Program-made: the position numbers and the translations under genes
The notes under the pieces: model-generated
What the model was told of the DNA's origin: nothing
Seen by the model: only the letters and a program-made list of their open reading frames with translations
Database searches by the model: none
In this document: positions 17,553-26,786 of the stretch, one piece after another
Layout: every line of letters begins with the position of its first letter
How positions within the stretch are numbered: position 1 is the stretch's first letter
Origin: Promethearchaeota archaeon
GTDB taxonomy: Archaea; Asgardarchaeota; Lokiarchaeia; Sigyniarchaeales; SOKP01
Assembly: GCA_030606485.1 (NCBI GenBank)
Contig: JAUWGH010000001.1
Span: 720,001 to 752,000 of the forward strand
Direction: 5' to 3'
DNA: 32,000 nt

Positions 17553-18128
17553 TCATCTCATTTTTCGATTACCTACATAGCTACCAAGAGTAAAATATGA
17601 TTTTCCTTCATAAAATAATGGTTTCATTAATCCTTTTTGTTTACAGAGATTTTTTATAAAGATATCTTCGTCAAGTGATAATGCAACTACTTTTGCAGTT
17701 ATTATAACTCTATTTTCAGCATCATTTGAAACTTCTTTTATCCAAATTGTTTCACATTCCAAATGAGCCTTGCATTCTTCGATTCTTGGAGGTTTAACAA
17801 CTAAAGATTTAATAGGGGTTAAATTAGCGTGTATAAATTCATCTTCTTCAGATGGGATTGGATCAGCTGTTTTATTAACTTTTCTCAAAAGTTCTATACC
17901 TGGAATATTTAGGACAAACTCATTAGTCTCTAAGATATTTCTATATGTATCTCGATTTTTAGCTGACCCAACACTAATAATTAAAGGATTATAAGAAACA
18001 GGTATAACCATTCCATAAGGGGCAATATTATAAGTATCATTATTATCCATTGTTGAAATAAGATAAACAGGCACTGGTATAAGACATAAAGAGTAATGCT
18101 GTAATTCCAGATCTTTTTTATTTTTCAT
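17553..18128 (-). CDS. Flavin reductase family protein (DIM6/NTAB, split-barrel FMN binding)
   Basis: PVPVYLIST, NIAPYG, DTYRNILETNEFVLNIP, PPRIEECKAHLEC. Confidence 0.88.
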   Translation of the reverse strand: MKNKKDLELQHYSLCLIPVPVYLISTMDNNDTYNIAPYGMVIPVSYNPLIISVGSAKNRDTYRNILETNEFVLNIPGIELLRKVNKTADPIPSEEDEFIHANLTPIKSLVVKPPRIEECKAHLECETIWIKEVSNDAENRVIITAKVVALSLDEDIFIKNLCKQKGLMKPLFYEGKSYFTLGSYVGNRKMR

Positions 18129-18225
18129 AATTCTAAAATAAGTTAAGAAAAAATAAAAAAGAATTAGAATTATTGAGCTTTAATTATTTTAATTATTGAT
18201 TTCTTAATCCTTTTTTTCTGTAGGT

Positions 18226-19752
18226 TTATTTCTCATCGATTTTAATTTCAGTTCCTGCGATGGAAATGCTGCTAGCTGATATCCCTTCAGCATTTTTATA
18301 ATATTCTAATGAACGTGTTTCCACCTTTTTGATATAATCTTGCAATTGTGTTTCAATTTCAACTGGAATCTCGGGAGGAATGTAATTTTGAAGAATTTGA
18401 TCAACTTTTTCTCTAGCTGTTGTAATGATATCCTTAGACCCTTTCTTACGCCAAGTTGTTCTCCTATTACGGTCGATTAACTTTGGTATATACAATTCAT
18501 TCTTCATATGTTCCCGGGTGTGTTTTTCACCTAAGAAATTTGCGCCCGGTTTCCTTTCGGTGGCAACCTTTTTGATAGTATCTAATCCAATTGTATCCTC
18601 ATTTACGGTAATACCATCAAGTACTCTTTTTACTACTCCTGCTAACTCATCATCAATAATAAGTAGTTCTAATGCCTCTGCTAATGTGGATTCATATGTC
18701 CCCGCGCATGTAATATAATTTATACCTGCTTGAGCTGCTAACATCAATGTTTGTAAACGTTCGAATCCATTCTGGAGATCAAAACATTTAGATTCAGTGA
18801 CCGAACCTGGACCTCTTGATGGTATGTTATAAAATCTTGCTATTTGAGCAACTCCAGTAGTAATTAGCGTGGTTTCAATTGATCCTAACGCAGAATTACC
18901 AGATCGCATATCTGTAATACAAGAAACCGTTCCAAAAAATACTGGAGCTCCTGGATTAAATAATTGGGCAAGAACTATACCTCCAAGTATTTCTGCACTG
19001 GTTTGAGTTAATAATCCAGCTAATGTAACAGGAGCAGAACTCCCAGCAAGTGCTTCAGGAGCAATAATTGTGGGTTGTTTATATTTTGCAAATACGGAAA
19101 GACCATTTGTCATAATCTGCGGAAAGTGAAGCGGACTAGTAGGGTTAAAAAAACCTACAAGACGAGGTTTATTAATTAACTCCTTTTCTCCACCTACGAC
19201 AATTGACGCCATATTAATCATATCTTGGCTTGCTACTTTTCCATAACATCCAAGACCGTAAGGTTTCCGAGTATTTTTCACCCATTGATACATTGCATGG
19301 GCATGAATAGCCGTATACTTAACATCATTCGGCCAGACATCTACATGGGAATTATTAATATGTTCTAAACTATCTACAACACGAATTTGTTGAATCATAT
19401 CTTCAAGTAAGGATTTACGTACATTGTTTTTATTATTAGGATCGTAGATTTTAATAGGCGTTCCTATAGTAGCAAACTGAGTACTTGTTGTATTCACTTC
19501 AAAATTAAACGTGCCATCCGGTCCATGTAATTTAAAGGAATTAGGTACCTTTTTTAATTGTTCTTTAACGAGTGTTTCAGGAAATTTTACAAATGTAGTT
19601 TCTTGGTCGACTTCTGCTCCATGTTTTTCAAGGAGATCTCGAGTGTCTTGAGCATCAATCTTGATTCCCACGGTTGAAAGTAATTCTATTGCTGCTGAAT
19701 GAATAGTTAGAATTTCATCCTTTGAAAGAACATTAATACGGTTTAATTTCAT
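18226..19752 (-). CDS. Trimethylamine methyltransferase (MttB) superfamily, non-pyrrolysine member
   Basis: IHSAAIELLSTVG, NPTSPL, LAGSSAPVTLAG, PGAPVFFG, DMRSG, YNIPSRGPGSVTESKCFD.QNGFE, GINYITCAG, IDDE. No in-frame TAG; Val318 sits at the Pyl-equivalent position. Confidence 0.9.
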   Translation of the reverse strand: MKLNRINVLSKDEILTIHSAAIELLSTVGIKIDAQDTRDLLEKHGAEVDQETTFVKFPETLVKEQLKKVPNSFKLHGPDGTFNFEVNTTSTQFATIGTPIKIYDPNNKNNVRKSLLEDMIQQIRVVDSLEHINNSHVDVWPNDVKYTAIHAHAMYQWVKNTRKPYGLGCYGKVASQDMINMASIVVGGEKELINKPRLVGFFNPTSPLHFPQIMTNGLSVFAKYKQPTIIAPEALAGSSAPVTLAGLLTQTSAEILGGIVLAQLFNPGAPVFFGTVSCITDMRSGNSALGSIETTLITTGVAQIARFYNIPSRGPGSVTESKCFDLQNGFERLQTLMLAAQAGINYITCAGTYESTLAEALELLIIDDELAGVVKRVLDGITVNEDTIGLDTIKKVATERKPGANFLGEKHTREHMKNELYIPKLIDRNRRTTWRKKGSKDIITTAREKVDQILQNYIPPEIPVEIETQLQDYIKKVETRSLEYYKNAEGISASSISIAGTEIKIDEK

Positions 19753-19785
19753 AATATAATTTATCTCTTTTTTTTTTTAATTTAA

Positions 19786-20424
19786 TTAAGTTAATAATTT
19801 CTTCATTAGGGAAACTGCCTCGATTGCATCATCCGCCCAACCATCAGCACCAATTTGTTCCGCCCATTCTTCCGAGGTAGGACTTCCACCTACGATAACT
19901 TTATATTTATTCCTTAACCCCCTATCTTCCAACTCTTGAATTAATTGGCGCTGAAAATCCATTGACATTGTTAGCAGAGATGAAAGTGCTATCACTTGAG
20001 CCCCAACTTCTTCTGCTTTTTCAATAAATTTAACAGCAGGCACTTCTTCTCCCAAATTATAAACTTCAAATCCATTAGAAAAGAGGAAGGAGCCAACAAG
20101 ATCTTTTCCAATACTATGGACGTCAGTTTCCACGGTACCAATCACAATTTTGCCACGAGTTTCTCTCTCTTCCCCTATTGCCTTGATGGCTGGATCAAGT
20201 ACTTCATCAATAACAGCCTTTACAGTGTTAGCTGAGCCTACTAAATCCGGAAGGAAAATTTCTTCTTGTTCAAAACGCTTTCCTACAAATTGCATGATCT
20301 TTCCAATTGATTTTATAATTTCAGCTGGAGTTGCTTCCTTATTTTCAATTGTGGACTGGCATATTTTTTTTAATCCATCTTCATCCCATTCCAAGATGGC
20401 TTTTTTCATGCTTTCTTCAAACAT
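19786..20424 (-). CDS. Corrinoid (B12-binding) methyl carrier protein, MttC/MtbC-like
   Basis: N-terminal cap domain (VGKRFEQEEIFLPDL), DVHSIGK (DxHxxG), SSLLT, VIVGG, IGADGWADDA. Lies 33 nt upstream of the MttB-like gene. Confidence 0.92.
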   Translation of the reverse strand: MFEESMKKAILEWDEDGLKKICQSTIENKEATPAEIIKSIGKIMQFVGKRFEQEEIFLPDLVGSANTVKAVIDEVLDPAIKAIGEERETRGKIVIGTVETDVHSIGKDLVGSFLFSNGFEVYNLGEEVPAVKFIEKAEEVGAQVIALSSLLTMSMDFQRQLIQELEDRGLRNKYKVIVGGSPTSEEWAEQIGADGWADDAIEAVSLMKKLLT

Positions 20425-20474
20425 TACACTGCTTTCCTCTTCTAAAAATACTGGAATATTTTTATTTAATTAAT

Positions 20475-20544
20475 TATCTACTAAGATTTGTAAAAAAGGT
20501 TTTTAAAAAGTTCATAAATTAATTAGTAATGATATTAGTAGATA
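20475..20544. repeat. Perfect 10-bp inverted repeat TATCTACTAA (20475-20484) / TTAGTAGATA (20535-20544)
   Basis: Read directly in the divergent intergenic region between the corrinoid gene and the PLP enzyme gene. Confidence 0.6.
20489..20504 (-). promoter_or_regulatory. BRE/TATA-like promoter element for the corrinoid-MttB unit
   Basis: Minus strand AAAAACCTTTTTTACA about 65 nt upstream of ATG 20424. Confidence 0.35.
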
Positions 20545-20601
20545 TAATAAGAATTAAATCAATAAAATTCAATAAATAAAATAAAATTACTGCGATTTAA
20601 G

Positions 20602-21876
20602 ATGGCAGAAAAAAAAAAAGACATTAGGCAAATTGATCAAGAAAATCAAGAAAAATGGGAGAAACAGAAATTTGATACACAATTAATTAGGGCTGGCGAG
20701 GATCCATATCCCGAAACGTCACATAGTATACGCACGCCAATTTATGCAACAAAGTCTTATACATACTCATCTCTATCTGAATTGATTAAAAATCGTTATT
20801 TTTATTCCCGAACAGAAAATCCAACCTTATTTGCTCTTGAAAAAAAACTTGCAACACTTCATGGAGGAGAGAAAGCAATTTCACTCGCATCTGGGATGGC
20901 TGCAGTCCACCTTGCCTGCTCAAGCGTATTACAAAAACGTATAGAGCGATTGCGTCCTAATAGAATTAAAAATTTTTTTCCGCAAACCAACCCAGATAAG
21001 ATTCCTAATATTATAATTCACACAAATCAATATATAGGCTCCTATCGACTATTTACGAGAATTTATCCTCAAATGGGTATTGAAACCAAACGTATCAATA
21101 TGTGTGATTTAAGTGAAGTCAAAAAAGCTATTAATAGCCAAACAAAACTCATCTTTCTCGAAACACCAGCCAATCCAACATTAAACATCCTAGATATCCA
21201 AGAATGTGCAAATTTGATACATGAAGTAGGAGGTAAATGTATTGTTGATAACACTTGGGCATCTCCTGCGCTTCAACACCCTCTTGAATTGGGAGCTGAT
21301 CTTGTTGTTGAAAGCCTAACAAAATATATTAATGGCCATGGAGACTGCCTGGGAGGGGCAATTATTGGACCTAAAAATGAAATTTTGAATATTCGTTACT
21401 TTTGGTTAGAAACACAAGGTCCAGTTCTCAGTCCTTTCAATGCTTGGTTAATACTTCGAGGTGTCAGAACACTTGGTATTCGAATGACTCAGCATTCCTC
21501 AATTGCTATGAAAATTGCGCAGTTCTTAGAGAAGCATCCAAAAATTACAAAAGTTACTTATCCTGGATTGGAATCACACCCAAATCACGAACTTGCAAAA
21601 AAACAAATGTCTGATTTTGGAGGTATGATTGGATTTGAATTGAAATCTGAAGAAGCAAGTAAAAAGTTCATAGAAATCTTAAAATTGATAAAGATTGGAG
21701 TATCACTGGGAGATACGACCTCTCTTGTGATAAATTCATCATTCATGATCCTCGATCTTGCTAAATGGGAGCGAGAATCTATGAATATTTCAAATTCATA
21801 TTTTCGATTCTCAGCAGGATTGGAAGACCCAGATGATTTAATTGATGATCTATCTCAAGCATTAGCCCAATTATAA
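20602..21876 (+). CDS. Cys/Met metabolism PLP-dependent enzyme (cystathionine gamma-synthase/lyase/methionine gamma-lyase family), atypical
   Basis: YSRTENPT, ASGMAA, ETPANPT, VDNTWASP, ESLTKYINGHGD (Lys241), VSLG, RFSAGLED. Confidence 0.9.
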   Translation: MAEKKKDIRQIDQENQEKWEKQKFDTQLIRAGEDPYPETSHSIRTPIYATKSYTYSSLSELIKNRYFYSRTENPTLFALEKKLATLHGGEKAISLASGMAAVHLACSSVLQKRIERLRPNRIKNFFPQTNPDKIPNIIIHTNQYIGSYRLFTRIYPQMGIETKRINMCDLSEVKKAINSQTKLIFLETPANPTLNILDIQECANLIHEVGGKCIVDNTWASPALQHPLELGADLVVESLTKYINGHGDCLGGAIIGPKNEILNIRYFWLETQGPVLSPFNAWLILRGVRTLGIRMTQHSSIAMKIAQFLEKHPKITKVTYPGLESHPNHELAKKQMSDFGGMIGFELKSEEASKKFIEILKLIKIGVSLGDTTSLVINSSFMILDLAKWERESMNISNSYFRFSAGLEDPDDLIDDLSQALAQL

Positions 21877-21886
21877 TCCAAAAACC

Positions 21887-21911
21887 TTTTCCTTAAATGG
21901 AAAATTTTTTT
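21887..21911 (+). terminator. Hairpin plus oligo-T terminator candidate after the PLP enzyme gene
   Basis: TTTTCC-ttaaat-GGAAAA stem followed by 7 T, starting 10 nt after the stop, in a convergent intergenic gap. Confidence 0.5.
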
Positions 21912-21968
21912 AAAAAAAAAGAATAAAAAAATTATTTTAAAATAGACATAATTACTTTAATCTCAAGT

Positions 21969-23360
21969 TTATTGAACACGCTCTTTCTTTTTCTGATGTA
22001 GTTCAATCAATTGACTCTTAATTTCTTCAACACGATTTTTAGGAAAAGGATAGAAATAAAGGCATAAAAGTGAGATACCAAGTGCGATACCGGGGAAAAC
22101 AACAACCAATAATCGCAATCCAAATATTACATCCACTCCTGGGTTTTTTACATATTCTTCCCATCCTGTTGTTGAAAACACTATTCCTACTGTTACAATA
22201 GATAGAACCATTGCGAGTCGCATGAAAAAATTTGTAATTCCAAAGAAGGCTCCTTCACGTCGCACACCGGTTTTTAACTCATCTTCATCAATAACATCTG
22301 CAATAATAAGGTATATGAAGTATAACATACCACCAAAACCAAAGCCCATAAAGATCACTGTAATAAGTGCACTAATATAGGTATCTACGAATAATAAAGG
22401 AAGCGTTGCAGCGAAATACAAAATCATTGAAACTGCATATATATTTTTACTCCCATACTTAACATCTAATTTTCTCCAGATCATAACTGTGATGATGCCA
22501 ACGATAAACATTAATCCCAATAAAATTCCCGTTTCGAAAGTGCTTTCCACATGTAAAATATGTTCACCGAACAGGGGGACAACTGTGGCAAGAACTAACA
22601 GAATATATTCATATAAGAAAAACATTATTGTATACAAAACAAATCCTTTGTTTTTTAATGTATATTTCAGACCTTGGAAAAATTTGAACTCATGTTTATA
22701 GTCTAATTTAAACTCTTCCCGTTCTAATACACCCCATTTTATTGAGAATAGTAGGGATAATCCCACAATAATAGACGTGATAATTCCATTAATTAGATAA
22801 CCACTCATCTCAGTAAGTTCACCAATAAAGAATCCGGGTACTAAAAAAGCTAAAATTAACCCAACTGTAGCAAGAATTTGCTTAATTGTATTAACTTCAG
22901 CTCTTTCCTTCACTGAAGTGTAAAGTTCCGGGAAGAGAGAATCGTATGGGAGTGCAATCATAGTATAGAATGTATCATAGCAAAAAAGCATAATAAGTAG
23001 ATAAAAGAACCCTAATACATGATTACCTGTAGGTGGCATCCAAAGGATTATCTCAATGATAAGAACCGGTATGGTCCCCAGCATAATATAAGGTTTTCTG
23101 CGTCCCCACCTGGTCTTTGTCCGATCTGAAATTATACCGATTAAAGGATCGTTAATTGCGTTCCAAATTGTCCATAAAACATAGGCTAGTATGATATAAT
23201 AAACTGGTAAACCTACTGCAGTAAAATAAAATGAAAAAACCCAAGTATTAAACGCGCTATTAATGAAAAATTGCGCAAAACTTCCCATTCCAAAACTCCA
23301 TTTTTGCAATTTCCCAAATCGTTGAATTTCCACTTCTTGCTGATTTTTTAAATCACTCAT
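21969..23360 (-). CDS. MFS transporter, GPH/MelB-like family
   Basis: WNAINDPLIGIISDRTKTRWGRRKPY, YDSLFPEL, ADVIDEDELKTGVRREG, about 12 TM segments. Confidence 0.9.
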   Translation of the reverse strand: MSDLKNQQEVEIQRFGKLQKWSFGMGSFAQFFINSAFNTWVFSFYFTAVGLPVYYIILAYVLWTIWNAINDPLIGIISDRTKTRWGRRKPYIMLGTIPVLIIEIILWMPPTGNHVLGFFYLLIMLFCYDTFYTMIALPYDSLFPELYTSVKERAEVNTIKQILATVGLILAFLVPGFFIGELTEMSGYLINGIITSIIVGLSLLFSIKWGVLEREEFKLDYKHEFKFFQGLKYTLKNKGFVLYTIMFFLYEYILLVLATVVPLFGEHILHVESTFETGILLGLMFIVGIITVMIWRKLDVKYGSKNIYAVSMILYFAATLPLLFVDTYISALITVIFMGFGFGGMLYFIYLIIADVIDEDELKTGVRREGAFFGITNFFMRLAMVLSIVTVGIVFSTTGWEEYVKNPGVDVIFGLRLLVVVFPGIALGISLLCLYFYPFPKNRVEEIKSQLIELHQKKKERVQ

Positions 23361-23469
23361 AAAAGTATCACTATATTTTATTCTAAATTTATTATTTGAA
23401 GTTTTTTATTACATTAATTTATGAACTTATATATTCTTGACATAAATTAAATATAGAATAAAAAGTAAG

Positions 23470-23490
23470 AAAAAAAGAAATGCTTTTTTT
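23470..23490 (-). terminator. A/T-stem hairpin and T-tract terminator candidate after the 3-hydroxyacyl-CoA dehydrogenase gene
   Basis: Minus strand reads AAAAAAAG-CATTT-CTTTTTTT immediately after the TGA. Confidence 0.4.
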
Positions 23491-24312
23491 TCAATAGGAA
23501 TAAAAACCTTTTTGAGTTTTTAATCCTAATTCACCCTTTTCAACCTTTTCCTTAAGAAGTTGTGGTGGTTTGTCTCTTGGATCTCCGCTTTCTTTATAGT
23601 ATGACATCTCTATATCATAAACAACATCAAGTCCAATAGCATCCATTAATCTAAAAGGTCCAACTCCCATTTTGGTATATATTTTCCATGCTTTATCTAC
23701 TTCTTCAATATCTGCATAACCACCTGCCCAAATTTCCAAACATTCTTTTTTTACGGCTCTCCATACTCTATTAAATACAAAACCAAAACATTCTCTTTTT
23801 ACAATAAGAGGTGTAATTTCTATACTCTCAAGCCATCTTTTTCCTTTTTCGAAAGTATCATCGCTTGTTTTAGAACCTTTCATTATATCCGCCATTGGGA
23901 TTGAAGTTAAGTTATAAAAGTGAATATTTAACACTTTATCCTTTCTTTCAACAGCATCCTCAATCCTTGAAACTGCAATCGATGAGCTATTAGTAGCAAT
24001 TATTGCATTAGGTGGAGCTGTTTTATCAATTTGTGAAAATATGTCCTTTTTTAATTCTAACTTTTCAGGTACTGCTTCAATGATAAGATCTGCGTCTGCT
24101 ACAGCTTCATTAAGATTTTCGTGAAAAGTAACTTCTCCTTCTATTTGATTACGTTTTTTCTTTCTTGTTAATGAATTTGCTAATTTTTCACATCCTTTAG
24201 GATTCACATCATAGAAACGTACAGTATAATCTTTTAATGCTGTTTTTCGTATAATCTGATCCCCCATAAATCCAGCTCCTATTACCGCAACAACATTTAT
24301 ATTTTTATTCAT
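23491..24312 (-). CDS. 3-hydroxyacyl-CoA dehydrogenase family protein
   Basis: VIGAGFMG Rossmann motif, IEAVPEKLELK, TNSSS, IHFYN, GFVFNR, GPFRLMDAIGLD, KTQKGFY. Confidence 0.9.
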   Translation of the reverse strand: MNKNINVVAVIGAGFMGDQIIRKTALKDYTVRFYDVNPKGCEKLANSLTRKKKRNQIEGEVTFHENLNEAVADADLIIEAVPEKLELKKDIFSQIDKTAPPNAIIATNSSSIAVSRIEDAVERKDKVLNIHFYNLTSIPMADIMKGSKTSDDTFEKGKRWLESIEITPLIVKRECFGFVFNRVWRAVKKECLEIWAGGYADIEEVDKAWKIYTKMGVGPFRLMDAIGLDVVYDIEMSYYKESGDPRDKPPQLLKEKVEKGELGLKTQKGFYSY

Positions 24313-24449
24313 ATTTTATTTTCACTAAAAATTTATTTGTGTTTTTAATAATTAGTAATTTGATTAGAGTCTTAAAAAATATATTTTAAAAAAATTATGA
24401 TAAAAAAATATTTTAAAATGATTAAGATAAAACTAAATAAACAATTCAA

Positions 24450-25424
24450 TTAAGATTTAGTTAATTGTTCAATATATCTTAAAAAATAATCATTTTCTTT
24501 TTCAGTTCCTATTGTAACTCTTATGTATTCTGAACTTAATTGCTCAGAAACGTCGTGAACATAAATTTTTTGTTTTAATAATTTTTGAGAAATGTTTTCA
24601 ATACCAGTTTTCATTAAAATAAAATTAGTATAACTTGGAAAAACTGTAATTCCCATTTTTGAAACTGAAGTTACTATTCTTTTTTTTTCTTGTTCAATTT
24701 CTTTAATATATTTTTTCATGTAATCCAAATTATGTAATGCATTAATAGCAGCTACGACACTAGGATAAGGTAACATAATTTCTAAACCAATAAATTTCCT
24801 TTTTATAACATCTCCGCAAAGTATATACCCAATTCCAGAACCCGCTAAACCAAAAGATTTACTTAATGTCCTTACAATGGCTAAGTTAGGAAAATCAATT
24901 AATAAATTTACATAAGATATCTTTGAAAATTCGAAATATGCCTCATCTATTAGAAATATCACATTTTCATTTTCCAAAACTGTCTTTACATCTTTTTTAT
25001 TTAATAGCAGACTTCCAGTGGTATTATTAGGGTTGTCAAACACAATCATAGTTGGTTTATTAATTTCATCAATAAATTGTTCTAAAGAAATTTTAAATTC
25101 GGGTTCTCTTAGTCTGATTTTTAACAGCGGTGAAGAGGTTTTTTGAGCGGTATTTGTGATCAAAATAAATGTTGGATCTGCAATAATTATCTGCCGATTT
25201 CTTGCAAAAAGATAAATGAATTCTTTTATCAATATATCTGAAGCTGAACTTAAAATTATGGAATCTTGAGGAACTTTTGTATAATCAGAGATTAATCCAA
25301 TTAATTCTTCTACTTTTACTTGGGGAGTATAACGATTTATATTTTCAATACTTTCCTTTACAGGGTCAATAATTTCTTTTGGAGGGGGTTTAAACATTTC
25401 ATTTTTATCTAATCTAATTCTCAT
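24450..25424 (-). CDS. HisC/CobD-like class I/II PLP-dependent enzyme (divergent)
   Basis: IRLDKNE, NRY, NPNNTTG, IDEAYFEF, RTLSKSFGLAG, SYTNFIL, IRVTIGT..END. Confidence 0.82.
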   Translation of the reverse strand: MRIRLDKNEMFKPPPKEIIDPVKESIENINRYTPQVKVEELIGLISDYTKVPQDSIILSSASDILIKEFIYLFARNRQIIIADPTFILITNTAQKTSSPLLKIRLREPEFKISLEQFIDEINKPTMIVFDNPNNTTGSLLLNKKDVKTVLENENVIFLIDEAYFEFSKISYVNLLIDFPNLAIVRTLSKSFGLAGSGIGYILCGDVIKRKFIGLEIMLPYPSVVAAINALHNLDYMKKYIKEIEQEKKRIVTSVSKMGITVFPSYTNFILMKTGIENISQKLLKQKIYVHDVSEQLSSEYIRVTIGTEKENDYFLRYIEQLTKS

Positions 25425-25449
25425 ATTTTAATGTCCTTCAATAATAAAT

Positions 25450-26553
25450 TTAACATTCTATTTGCGTTATGAGTTCTTCTTTATATCCAATAATTACTTT
25501 GGTATAACCTTTTAGGATATCATCAACTTTAATATCCCCCGTGTCAACTCTCAAACACATTAATCCTTTCATCTTATCTGCCGTTGCTACAATTTTTATG
25601 TTTTCCTTTCCGACTTTTGAAATGATTTTTGGTGTTAATTGTTTATTTCCTCTTCCAAAAATGAACCCCTGCCCTCCGATAGGGGAAACAATTATTTCCA
25701 CATTATTATATTTATCAAGTAATCTTAGAATACCTTCTTCATTTAAATCTTCTCCAACTCGTTTGTTATTATGTATAGCATCGATACCAAGTAGAGTCTT
25801 GGGTAAGTTTAACGCATCTGTAATTGCTTTAACAGTTGTACCGGGTCCCATTAAATATAAAATATCATCTTTCATGTTTTCAATTACATGATCGGCAATT
25901 TCAACTTTATTTTCCGCTGCAGTCTTATTGATTTTTGAACCTATTTTTCCTGATTGCAATAAGCGCTTGACATTTGGTACCTTTAAATAACCATATAATC
26001 TCGAATCTAATATGCCTTTTCTGAAAGAATCTTCATTAATATCGAGAACTTCTTTTTCTTGGGTATCTGTTCCTTTTACAAAAACATCCACCATTTCCGC
26101 TGCGGCTCTAGGGTTGAGAGCAAAAACAGAACTAAACATTTTTACGCCCGATGGGATAGCAACAACGGGTTTTTTCAATCCAATAGCATCAAAGATGTCT
26201 CTGGCAGTTCCGTCACCTCCACAAAAAATGAGCAAATCAATATTTTCTTCCATCATTATTTTTGCAATTCTTTTTGTATCCTCCGCTGAAGTGTCTTTAC
26301 CAATCTCGCCAATAGTACTAAATTTAAACCCTTTATTTTTAATAATATCTGCACCCATTTTGCCAGGGGCTACAAGAAAAAATATATCTTCTTTGTTTTC
26401 TAATTTAAATAATAATTCATTAAGTCTTTTTGGTGTTATTGGTTGAGCTCCCATTTTTATTGCTCTTTTATAAATATCTCCATCTGTTCCTTTTAGTCCT
26501 ACACTTCCTCCCATCCCGGCGATTGGATTTATTAATAGTCCGATTTTTTTCAT
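25450..26553 (-). CDS. ATP-NAD kinase/AcoX-like family protein (NADK/DAGK fold)
   Basis: INPIAGMGGSVGLKGTDG, GGDGTARD, IPSGVKMFS, EVLDINE, GPGTT, GGQGFIFGRGNKQL, RVDTGD. Confidence 0.85.
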   Translation of the reverse strand: MKKIGLLINPIAGMGGSVGLKGTDGDIYKRAIKMGAQPITPKRLNELLFKLENKEDIFFLVAPGKMGADIIKNKGFKFSTIGEIGKDTSAEDTKRIAKIMMEENIDLLIFCGGDGTARDIFDAIGLKKPVVAIPSGVKMFSSVFALNPRAAAEMVDVFVKGTDTQEKEVLDINEDSFRKGILDSRLYGYLKVPNVKRLLQSGKIGSKINKTAAENKVEIADHVIENMKDDILYLMGPGTTVKAITDALNLPKTLLGIDAIHNNKRVGEDLNEEGILRLLDKYNNVEIIVSPIGGQGFIFGRGNKQLTPKIISKVGKENIKIVATADKMKGLMCLRVDTGDIKVDDILKGYTKVIIGYKEELITQIEC

Positions 26554-26786
26554 ATTATTAAATATAAAATTAAAATAATTCTAATACTTTAATGATTGCA
26601 AATTCTGAACATTTTTAAAAGTCATTGATAAATCTTAATTTTATTGTTGTCTTCAAAACAATTTAATACTAAATTTTTAATTTTAAAATATTAAACAGAT
26701 GGTTATATAAAGAAATTATATATTATTTAGTAAAATATTAATTAAAATCTTCCAAATTAAAAAGTCTTGAATTATTTAATATTTTA

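Noticed and set aside
18226-19752. Pyrrolysine recoding in the MttB homologue
   Set aside because: No in-frame TAG; the Pyl-equivalent codon is GTC (Val318, 18799-18801).
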